The notes under the pieces: model-generated
What the model was told of the DNA's origin: nothing
Database searches by the model: none
What the model saw: only the letters and a program-made list of their open reading frames with translations
Part shown: piece by piece, positions 25,218 through 32,142 of the stretch
Layout of the letters: every line of letters begins with the position of its first letter
Numbering within the stretch: position 1 is the stretch's first letter
Source of the DNA: a virus
Length of the DNA: 32,207 bases
Strand: one strand, 5' to 3'
Virus record (IMG/VR): IMGVR_UViG_3300028378_000016
Made by a program: the position numbers and the translations under genes

Positions 25218-25558
25218 TGACACCAGAAAAAGCAAAAAACATTTATTGGGGAGCAATGCCGCTCCCCAAAGGGGCAAAATCTTTAGGCGAATACACAAGC
25301 CTCGGAAAGCGTGGGTGTTTGATCGAGCTGGCTAATGGCAAGCGTGTTGTAGGTAACGCTGGTGTGATCCGCAGTGTTAGAGGTGGAGCAATGCCAGGTG
25401 CCGGTGCACCTAAAAAGCCAGATTGGTTAAAGAAACGTCAAATCGGATTGCAGTTGCCCAACTGGATTATTGATAAATTGGATAATTTACCAGGAAGTAG
25501 ATCCACGGAAATTGAAGATGCTTTAATTGACAAATATGGGTGGAAGCCACCAAGGTAG
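25217..25558 (+). CDS. Hypothetical protein with a C-terminal ribbon-helix-helix-like segment
   Basis: TAATG coupling to the previous gene. RQIGLQLPNWIIDKLDNLPGSRSTEIEDALIDKYG resembles a CopG/Arc-type strand-helix-helix. Confidence 0.5.
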   Translation: MTPEKAKNIYWGAMPLPKGAKSLGEYTSLGKRGCLIELANGKRVVGNAGVIRSVRGGAMPGAGAPKKPDWLKKRQIGLQLPNWIIDKLDNLPGSRSTEIEDALIDKYGWKPPR

Positions 25559-25597
25559 TCCACCCAACCTAAATGACACTGATAGGAGGCAGAAATT

Positions 25598-25753
25598 ATG
25601 TATTGTTATTTATGTGGCAGAAAATTACATAATAACGACGGACACGATCTCAGGCAGCCTTCCGGCTACACAAGAAAAGTGCACTTTCGGTGTTACGAAA
25701 AATACAGATTAAAAAGAGAAGCAGATTTAAATCAAAACCTAAAGCGAGGATAG
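25598..25753 (+). CDS. 51-aa zinc-ribbon-like protein, below the ORF-track cutoff
   Basis: AGGAGG lies 7 nt before the ATG. Reads MYCYLCGRKLHNNDGHDL...VHFRCYEKYRLKRE. I prefer it over the track ORF at 25527..25712 in another frame. Confidence 0.45.
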   Translation: MYCYLCGRKLHNNDGHDLRQPSGYTRKVHFRCYEKYRLKREADLNQNLKRG

Positions 25754-25757
25754 TAAA

Positions 25758-25976
25758 ATGAAAAGCGGATACTACATAAAACGATGTAAAGATGACTCTC
25801 AAATGTTGCTATTAATTCAAGAGTGGCGAATTAACCCGAAAAGTCGCATTCATACGGAGGTAGCTGCAATTATTCATGAAGATAATATGCAAGGTTTAGA
25901 CCAAGATACTATACGGCAACTAGACAACGGTGCAATTATTGAAATGGAATTTCACGTAAAAGAAGAGGATGAATAA
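25758..25976 (+). CDS. Small acidic hypothetical protein (72 aa)
   Basis: gcgagga lies before the ATG. The C-terminus is acidic (KEEDE). Confidence 0.55.
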   Translation: MKSGYYIKRCKDDSQMLLLIQEWRINPKSRIHTEVAAIIHEDNMQGLDQDTIRQLDNGAIIEMEFHVKEEDE

Positions 25977-26015
25977 ATGGAAAATTCTAAACTACAAAAA
26001 AACGGTGAAAGATAA
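25977..26015 (+). pseudogene. Duplicated 5' fragment of the pentapeptide-repeat gene (MENSKLQK...), cut off by promoter module P
   Basis: atggaaaattctaaactacaaaaaa at 25977-26001 is identical to 26109-26133. The fragment reads into P and stops after 12 codons. Confidence 0.5.
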
Positions 26016-26102
26016 AAATGTATATGTTTTTCTATTGACACTCCTTTGATAATGCTGTATATTATAATCATAAACAAAGGGAATTAACCCAAAAAAAAGG
26101 AG
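25997..26102 (+). repeat. Promoter module P, copy 2
   Basis: See copy 1; the sequences match apart from poly-A length. Confidence 0.9.
26035..26063 (+). promoter_or_regulatory. Strong sigma70-type promoter (P copy 2) driving the pentapeptide-repeat gene
   Basis: TTGACA, 17 nt, TATATT. Confidence 0.65.
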
Positions 26103-26108
26103 ACCCAA

Positions 26109-26657
26109 ATGGAAAATTCTAAACTACAAAAAATGTTGAAAGCTCATAAAATTTGGATAGATTCGGATAAAAAGCAGGGAGAACAAGCCAATTTTTGCGG
26201 AGCCGATCTTCGTGAAGTCGATTTTTGTGGATTCGATCTTCGTGAAGCCAGTTTTTGCGGATGCGATCTTTCCGGATGCGATTTTTATGGGTCCGATCTT
26301 CGTGAAGCCAGTTTTTATGAATCCGAACTTCGTGGAGCTAATTTTCGCGGATGCGATCTTCGCAGATGCGATTTTTATGGGTCCGATCTTCGTGAAGCCA
26401 ATTTTTGTGAAACCGATTGTTATAAAGCCAAATTTTGTGAAACCGATCTTCGCGGATGCGATATTCGTAGAGCCAATTTTTATAAAGCCGATTTTCGCGA
26501 ATCCAATCTTCGCGGAGTCGATTTTCATAGATCCAAATTTTATAAAACCAATTTTTATGAAACCAATCTCTATGGATCCAATTTTCGCGGAGCCATTGTT
26601 CTCGGATCCAATCTTCATGAAGCCAATCTTGATTTTTTCAACGGGAGTTTCGTGTAA
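26109..26657 (+). CDS. Pentapeptide-repeat protein with 30 uninterrupted A(D/N)(L/F)xx units, Cys-rich
   Basis: Residues 27-176 parse without a gap as ANFCG ADLRE VDFCG FDLRE ... SNLHE ANLDF. About 11 Cys are present. The DNA shows 15/30-nt periodicity. Confidence 0.85.
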   Translation: MENSKLQKMLKAHKIWIDSDKKQGEQANFCGADLREVDFCGFDLREASFCGCDLSGCDFYGSDLREASFYESELRGANFRGCDLRRCDFYGSDLREANFCETDCYKAKFCETDLRGCDIRRANFYKADFRESNLRGVDFHRSKFYKTNFYETNLYGSNFRGAIVLGSNLHEANLDFFNGSFV

Positions 26658-26722
26658 AAGAAGAGGAGAGGGAGCAAAATGACATGGCAGAAAAAATCTA
26701 GCAAATATCTGAGGAGTACAAC

Positions 26723-26812
26723 ATGCGCAATCTAATCTGGAGCGGTTTTGTCGTGATGGTCATCGTGCCCGCATTCTATCTTGTTGCTGGCTTCATCGAA
26801 AAACTTAACTGA
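26723..26812 (+). CDS. 29-aa hydrophobic membrane peptide
   Basis: gaggag lies 6 nt before the ATG. Reads MRNLIWSGFVVMVIVPAFYLVAGFIEKLN. Confidence 0.35.
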   Translation: MRNLIWSGFVVMVIVPAFYLVAGFIEKLN

Positions 26813-27009
26813 GGAGAAAAAAATTAAAAATTCTAAACTACAGAAAATGTTGAAGACCTGGCAGAGATATTACCATTCGGGGAGTATGGAAAAATTCAAA
26901 TTAAAGAATTGGCGGCACTTCTTCAAGCTTACGGCTATCGAAGCCCAAGGTCTTAAGGAAATACCATGAAAAAAGGTTTGTCTCTTTTGCATAATAATTA
27001 TATTTGGTA

Positions 27010-27038
27010 TTGATACGGTATCCGTACCGTGCTATAAT
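27010..27038 (+). promoter_or_regulatory. Near-consensus promoter with a palindromic operator in the spacer, heading the packaging/late operon
   Basis: TTGATA, 17 nt, TATAAT. The spacer contains the perfect palindrome ACGGTA-tccg-TACCGT (27015-27030). Confidence 0.55.
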
Positions 27039-27085
27039 TAGTCAACAGTTGAGCAAAACAACAAACCAAAACGGAAGGGGCCGCT

Positions 27086-27187
27086 ATGACCGCCAGCCAA
27101 AGACAAAAGGATTTTTCTCATGTCATTATTGATACCGACGGAAACGAGTATGATAATTATTATGGCGAAAAATTGGTGAAAAACTAA
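27086..27187 (+). CDS. 33-aa small protein
   Basis: ggaagggg lies before the ATG. It has TAATG coupling to the next gene. Reads MTASQRQKDFSHVIIDTDGNEYDNYYGEKLVKN. Confidence 0.4.
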   Translation: MTASQRQKDFSHVIIDTDGNEYDNYYGEKLVKN

Positions 27188-27858
27188 TGGAACCTAAATC
27201 ATACAAAAAAACTAATGCCAAGAAAAAGGTCCGAGCTTGTAAAAGAGGAACAGCCTCACAAGCAATCGGTATTATAGAAAAAGAATCCGACACCTTTATT
27301 CTTACCTACGGACAGTTTTCCTTGATTGACGCCTTGGTGGCGATACTCGACCAAACAGGGCCAGCCCATGTTTCGGTAAGCACATGGACGGCGGCTCATG
27401 CTGACCTGTCTCGATCCGCCGAACTAATGGAGGCTGTAAACATCTTATCATTAAGGATGATTGTAGATAGATCATTTAAAACCCGCCAGCCTAAATATTA
27501 CGAACATATGATATGTCTGTTCGGCGAGGAAAGTATTCGGGCTATTAACACCCATGCTAAATTTATGACGATCAGGAACGAAAAATTCGACATTGTTGTA
27601 AGGACGTCGATGAATCTCAACGGTAACCCTAGACTTGAAAATATAGAGGTTTCTGAAAATAGCGAGTTCGCCGACTTTTTTGAAGAGATTGTGACTGGAA
27701 TATTTGAAGAGGTTGAGCCTGGGGAGCAAATATCTAACCCGCCGGAACTGAACCAAATAGAAGAAAGTCCGCTGTTTAAGCTGGTATCTGGTAAACATAT
27801 TGATTCATCAAATTTAAAGGAGGCATCGTATAGCCATGAGCTCGACAAAAAACTTTAA
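27187..27858 (+). CDS. PLD-like (single HKD-type, Nuc-like) domain protein
   Basis: THAKFMTIRNEKFDIVVRTSMNLN resembles HxK...(G/T)SxN. The N-terminal part (FILTYGQFSLIDALVAILDQ) resembles the PLD-fold start. Confidence 0.5.
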   Translation: MEPKSYKKTNAKKKVRACKRGTASQAIGIIEKESDTFILTYGQFSLIDALVAILDQTGPAHVSVSTWTAAHADLSRSAELMEAVNILSLRMIVDRSFKTRQPKYYEHMICLFGEESIRAINTHAKFMTIRNEKFDIVVRTSMNLNGNPRLENIEVSENSEFADFFEEIVTGIFEEVEPGEQISNPPELNQIEESPLFKLVSGKHIDSSNLKEASYSHELDKKL

Positions 27859-28069
27859 GAAAGCAAGGGCAAGTTTGTATTCATCAACTAGCGATATTGT
27901 TGTGGAGATGTTGGCTATACAAATGGACAGGGCCGAGGAGGCCCACAGGCGAATTGAAGAGGAGGGGATAGTAGTCCGTGACCTGAAAGGGTCTGTGATC
28001 CCCCACCCGGCGATAAAAATAGAAATAGATGCCGATAAGATTATCTCTGACTTAATTAAAAAACATTAA
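27836..28069 (+). CDS. Small protein resembling the C-terminal part of P27-family terminase small subunits
   Basis: AGGAGG ribosome-binding site. AHRRIEEEGIVVRDLKGSVIPHPAIKIEIDADKIISDLI parallels the EGLVV...NPa... core of that family. Confidence 0.4.
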   Translation: MSSTKNFKKARASLYSSTSDIVVEMLAIQMDRAEEAHRRIEEEGIVVRDLKGSVIPHPAIKIEIDADKIISDLIKKH

Positions 28070-28278
28070 TGACTGGCCAAGATCTAAGGGCGGCCAGGGA
28101 GACTACCCTCGGCCTCTCATCCCGCGCTAAACTAGGCGAAATAATCGGCACCAGCCCTAGCAATATACGTGATTACGAATCTGGATTAACTCCGATCCCT
28201 GGGCCGGTGGAACGGCTGATATTTTTGCTTTTAAAATACAAAGGGGCTCAAACCGCCATACTGGATGAGTACACTTAA
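28069..28278 (+). CDS. XRE/Cro-type HTH protein
   Basis: LRAARETTLGLSSRAKLGEIIGTSPSNIRDYESGLTPIP. It has TAATG coupling to the previous gene. Confidence 0.6.
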   Translation: MTGQDLRAARETTLGLSSRAKLGEIIGTSPSNIRDYESGLTPIPGPVERLIFLLLKYKGAQTAILDEYT

Positions 28279-28297
28279 CAAAGGGTAAGAAGATGAC

Positions 28298-28897
28298 ATG
28301 TTGACGATAAAACAGACAGCACCGAACAGCTTTAAGAAATCAATGAATGGGCTTGCTAAAAAACAGATGCCTTTTGCAGGTGCAATGGCATTGACCAGGA
28401 CCGCATGGGACATGAAGAAGAAAGAACTCGACCCGGGTCTGGACAAACACCTGGACCGCCCTACCCCCTTTACCAAAAAGGCTATACGAGTACAGAAAGC
28501 CAGAAAGAATCACCTTGTTGCTTATGTTCGAGTGGCCCCGCTGCAAGCAAGATACTTACGCTACCAGGTCAAAGGGGGAACCCGCCGCCCGCACAAAAAA
28601 GCATTGCTGGTGCCAGTCGGGCAAAGGCTCAACAAGTACGGCAACATGCCCCGGAGCACGGTTTCCAAGCTCATGCAAAACCCAAAAGTTTTTTCTGGCA
28701 TTCCCCACGGCAGAACCCAGCCCGGTATATACAAGCGATTAGGGCCCAAAGGCCGAAAGAAATTGCACTTGATGGTTGCTTATGAAAAGCGGGCCAGCTA
28801 CGAAAAGCGCTTTCATTTTTATCAGCTGGCCGAACGTCAAGCGAAAAGATCATTTAATAACAACTTGTTAGCAGCAAAGAGGGAAGCCCGGCGATGA
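28298..28897 (+). CDS. Basic hypothetical protein (199 aa)
   Basis: Lys/Arg-rich ORF upstream of the small terminase. No family recognised. Confidence 0.5.
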   Translation: MLTIKQTAPNSFKKSMNGLAKKQMPFAGAMALTRTAWDMKKKELDPGLDKHLDRPTPFTKKAIRVQKARKNHLVAYVRVAPLQARYLRYQVKGGTRRPHKKALLVPVGQRLNKYGNMPRSTVSKLMQNPKVFSGIPHGRTQPGIYKRLGPKGRKKLHLMVAYEKRASYEKRFHFYQLAERQAKRSFNNNLLAAKREARR

Positions 28898-28995
28898 TTG
28901 ATTTTTCACGGGTCCTTTCCGCGACGGGCGATGCGGGTATATTCGCGACCGCGTGTGTTTTCTATTTACCAAAAATTTACTAGGGCAACAACACA

Positions 28996-29463
28996 TTGGG
29001 TTTGCAATTTAATATCGACGAACTGAAGAGGGCGACCGGGAAAGGTTACCGCACCATAAAAAAGCGGCTGGCCGATTCCGGTGTTGAGCCAGTAAAAACG
29101 CAGGGTCGAGCCCTTATTTATGATACCGAGCAAGCCCTTGCCGCAATCTATGCTGGCCCAAAGACAAAAGAGGATTTAAGCCTTGAAGAAGAACGGGCCA
29201 AACTTGCCGTTGAGCAGAGCAGGAAGGCAAAACGAGAAAACGACCTGGCCGAGGGACAGGTGGCCGATGTGGAAATTTTGACGGATGTACTTGTGAAGGT
29301 TTCTGCGAACATTTCATCGACCCTGGACGCCCTGGCTATCAAATTGAAAAAACAGAATCCAAACTTATTGTCGAATGATATTGAACTTATACGTAAGCAG
29401 ATTGCCCGCTGTAAAAATGAAACTTCAGACCTGGTGATACATGGAAAATATATTAACCAGTAA
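28996..29463 (+). CDS. Terminase small subunit, Nu1-like
   Basis: TTG start per the track. The N-terminal HTH (ELKRATGKGYRTIKKRLADSGVEP...GRALIYDTEQALAAIY) is followed by a coiled coil, as in lambda Nu1. It overlaps the large terminase start. Confidence 0.65.
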   Translation: MGLQFNIDELKRATGKGYRTIKKRLADSGVEPVKTQGRALIYDTEQALAAIYAGPKTKEDLSLEEERAKLAVEQSRKAKRENDLAEGQVADVEILTDVLVKVSANISSTLDALAIKLKKQNPNLLSNDIELIRKQIARCKNETSDLVIHGKYINQ

Positions 29464-31402
29464 TATCCAGGCTGCCCTGGCGTCGGGCATGAAACCCCTT
29501 ATTGTACCGGAACCATTGACCATGGAAGAATGGGCCGAAAAGCATTTTTACCTTTCGCCGGAATCGTCGAGCATAACCGGCCAGTGGGAAACGCTGCCTT
29601 ATCAACGGGCCTGGCTTAAATGGTTTGGTAATGATGATATTGAAATAGTCGACTGCATGAAAGCGGCCCGCCTGGGCTATACAAAGTGCATAATGATAGC
29701 AGCCGGCTATTTCGTTGAACACCGCCACCGCAACATTGTTGTATTTCAACCGACCGACGGCGACGCCAAAGACTTTGTCAAAGATGAAATAGACACTATG
29801 CTGCGCGACGTGCCTATCGTGGGCAACCTGTTACGCTGTGATGCCGACGCCAAAAGCCCATACAACACCAACGACAAAAAGGTTTTTCAAACGTCAATTT
29901 TGGACATACGCGGCGGCCATAGCGCCAGGAATTACCGACGTATGACCAAAGATGTAGTCATATATGAAGAGCTTGACGCCTTTGAGCAGGATATCGACAA
30001 AGAGGGCAGCCCGCTATCTTTGGGTGACGTCCGCGTCGAAACGTCGTCTTTTCCAAAATCACTACGCGGCACCAGCCCAAAAACAAAGGGCCTTTCGCAT
30101 ATTGAGGCCAGCATTGAAACCGCCGACATGATTTTTCGGCGGTATCTGCCCTGCCCGATGTGCGGCAATATAGATTATCTGAAATGGCCAAACATGCGTT
30201 TTGACAGCAAGGCATTGACCGTTGCAACCATGCGTTGCGAGTTGTGCCACTACCATGCCGACTATGGCGAATATGGCAAAATGGATGCTGCCGGACAATG
30301 GCGCACCGAAAACGGCTACTATTACAGGGAAGATATCGACAAGTTTTTCAGCCCAGCCGACGAGGTTGTCGGTCCGCCCCGGCACCTGGGTATAAAAATC
30401 TGGTCGGCGTATAGCTATTTTAACACCTGGACAAAAATTGCAAGTGAATTTCTGGCAGCCAACAAGGCTTTGCAAACCGGGGATAAAAGCAAAATCAAGA
30501 CGTTTACAAATACCAAACTTGGCGAGACATACGAAGAAGTTGGGGAAAAGATCGAGGAAACGCTTTTTGATGACAGGCTGGAACAATGGCCGGATGGCTG
30601 CATACCCAAAGGCATTCTTGTTATCACCATGTCGGTGGACGTCCAGGGCGGCAAGAATGCCCGCCTGGAGCTGGAGGTGGTCGGCTGGGGCAGGGATGGT
30701 GAAAGCTGGTCGTTACTCTATGAGAAAATCAACGGCGATCCTGAATTTAAGGAAGTTTGGGACCATTTAGAGCAGTACCGGAAAACCACCTTTTTTCGCG
30801 AGGACGGCGTACCGTTGAAAATTCGCTGTACCACCGTTGATTCCGGCTTTAATTCAACAGCCGTCTATAAGTACACCACCCCCAAAAAACGCCAACGGGT
30901 CTTTGCCACAAAGGGCCATTCTACAGCTGGCAAGCCCCTGGTCAGTAAACCCAGCCTGGTTGGCACCAGGAAAGAAACGCCACTGTACATGATCGGCACC
31001 GATACCGCCAAAGAAACACTATTTACCCGCTTGCAGATTGAAGAAAGCGGGCCGGGGTATTGCCATTTTCCCATTGGCCGGGACCCTAAATATTTTGAAC
31101 AGCTCACCGCCGAAGAACGGAAAATCTTCTATGAACGCGGCGAAAAGAAAATACGCTTTGTAAAGAAAAAGGCCAACGCCAGGAATGAAGCTATAGACCT
31201 ACGTGTTGGCAATATGGTGGCCCTGGAAATACTCAACCCCAGCTTTGCTGCCCTGGAAAAACGCTATAATACTCTGGCGGCCAAATACCAGGAACAATTT
31301 GACCAGGACGACCAGGCAGAACGCCAGGCGCAGAAAGCAAAAAAGAAGATGAAACCCAAACGACGAACCAGGGAAAACGGGTGGACGAATGGCTGGAAAT
31401 AA
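29441..31402 (+). CDS. Terminase large subunit, lambda GpA family
   Basis: 653 aa with the YQRAWLKWFGNDDIEIVDCMKAARLGYTKC region, a CPMCG...CELCH zinc-finger-like segment and a C-terminal nuclease half. Confidence 0.9.
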   Translation: MENILTSNIQAALASGMKPLIVPEPLTMEEWAEKHFYLSPESSSITGQWETLPYQRAWLKWFGNDDIEIVDCMKAARLGYTKCIMIAAGYFVEHRHRNIVVFQPTDGDAKDFVKDEIDTMLRDVPIVGNLLRCDADAKSPYNTNDKKVFQTSILDIRGGHSARNYRRMTKDVVIYEELDAFEQDIDKEGSPLSLGDVRVETSSFPKSLRGTSPKTKGLSHIEASIETADMIFRRYLPCPMCGNIDYLKWPNMRFDSKALTVATMRCELCHYHADYGEYGKMDAAGQWRTENGYYYREDIDKFFSPADEVVGPPRHLGIKIWSAYSYFNTWTKIASEFLAANKALQTGDKSKIKTFTNTKLGETYEEVGEKIEETLFDDRLEQWPDGCIPKGILVITMSVDVQGGKNARLELEVVGWGRDGESWSLLYEKINGDPEFKEVWDHLEQYRKTTFFREDGVPLKIRCTTVDSGFNSTAVYKYTTPKKRQRVFATKGHSTAGKPLVSKPSLVGTRKETPLYMIGTDTAKETLFTRLQIEESGPGYCHFPIGRDPKYFEQLTAEERKIFYERGEKKIRFVKKKANARNEAIDLRVGNMVALEILNPSFAALEKRYNTLAAKYQEQFDQDDQAERQAQKAKKKMKPKRRTRENGWTNGWK

Positions 31403-31631
31403 ACCGAAACTTGCCGGGTCCAGATTGGGCCCGATTTTATACCGCGACAACGCTGAAATTGCCGACGCCCTAGGCGTCAATCATAACGATATCAAGGTAC
31501 TGGTCGACAAACACGGGCTCCCGGCATTTAAGATCGGCGGCCGGGGAAAATGGAAACTACGCCAGGCAGACCTTGACGCCTGGCTGATAGATCAACAAGA
31601 AAAATACCAAGGAGTAAATTATGACTGCTGA
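31389..31631 (+). CDS. Excisionase/MerR-type HTH DNA-binding protein
   Basis: IADALGVNHNDIKVLVDKHGLPAFKIGGRGKWKLRQADLDAWL matches the excisionase-family HTH pattern. Confidence 0.6.
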   Translation: MAGNKPKLAGSRLGPILYRDNAEIADALGVNHNDIKVLVDKHGLPAFKIGGRGKWKLRQADLDAWLIDQQEKYQGVNYDC

Positions 31632-31664
31632 AAACAGCAAACCAACCAGAATTGTAGATGTAAC
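31602..31664 (+). repeat. Repeat R1, copy B
   Basis: See 23378-23440. Confidence 0.85.
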
Positions 31665-31971
31665 ACATCAATTGACCAGCAAGGGCAAGGGCCGCACTCT
31701 GCTTTATTTGTGCGACGATGACAAATACTACACACAGGTGGAACTGGCTCGATTGATACCGATGTCACAGCCAGGCTTTTCCGCACGACTTGCTCGGAGG
31801 GGATGGAGACACCCGCGCATTTTACACAAAGACATGAATTCAACATCGAGTGGTCCGCGCAATGATGACAACGCCGAGCTCGGCGACCTGACCGGGCTGT
31901 CGGCAAATCCGCGAGACAGCAACCTAAAAAAAATCACTATTGGAACGTTTGAGAGAGGTTATTATGCGTAA
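31621..31971 (+). CDS. Hypothetical 116-aa protein, possibly HTH, the cargo between R1 and R2 copy B
   Basis: aaggag ribosome-binding site. YTQVELARLIPMSQPGFSARLARRGW is HTH-like. Confidence 0.55.
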   Translation: MTAENSKPTRIVDVTHQLTSKGKGRTLLYLCDDDKYYTQVELARLIPMSQPGFSARLARRGWRHPRILHKDMNSTSSGPRNDDNAELGDLTGLSANPRDSNLKKITIGTFERGYYA

Positions 31972-31988
31972 TTGCCGCTATAACGTTT

Positions 31989-32128
31989 TAGCTCACGGGA
32001 TTTTTGCAATTAAACCAAAAAAATGAGGATTGAAAACATGAACACAGATAAACCCGAAAATAAGCTCGAAGCCGGACGTCCAAAAATTCCGCTGCAGCGT
32101 TTTGTTGGGTTGACGGATAAAAACGGTG
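31989..32128 (+). repeat. Repeat R2, copy B (140 bp); its tail lies in the terminal overlap
   Basis: See 24689-24826. Confidence 0.85.
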
Positions 32129-32142
32129 GTATGACTGGGTAG
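32038..32142 (+). CDS. Possible 34-aa ORF inside R2 copy B
   Basis: gagga lies 9 nt before the ATG. Reads MNTDKPENKLEAGRPKIPLQRFVGLTDKNGGMTG. In copy A (24737-24868) an indel changes the frame after codon 14, so coding is doubtful. Confidence 0.25.
   Translation: MNTDKPENKLEAGRPKIPLQRFVGLTDKNGGMTG

Noticed and set aside
25527-25712. Track ORF of 61 aa overlapping the end of the 113-aa gene.
   Set aside because: It has no ribosome-binding site. The overlapping 51-aa frame starting at 25598 has a perfect AGGAGG and a zinc-ribbon-like sequence, so I prefer that frame.
26187-26636. Short regular DNA repeats of ~30-nt period that could be mistaken for a CRISPR-like array, and a dense cluster of GATC sites.
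   Set aside because: There are no unique spacers between conserved repeats. The periodicity is fully explained by in-frame pentapeptide coding. The GATC sites arise from the recurrent Asp-Leu codons GAT CTT.
26124-26682. ORFs on the opposite strand (26124..26618) and in another + frame (26212..26682) across the pentapeptide-repeat gene.
   Set aside because: The 15/30-nt periodic DNA keeps several frames open by construction. Only the 26109 frame has promoter P, a ribosome-binding site and a clean A(D/N)(L/F)xx register.
28340-28853. Several overlapping ORFs in other frames and on the other strand within 28298..28897 (28405..28785+, 28515..28742+, 28561..28749-, 28671..28853-).
   Set aside because: They are nested within the longer ORF that fits the operon spacing. 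Their compositions are Pro/Arg/Gly-rich and spurious-looking.
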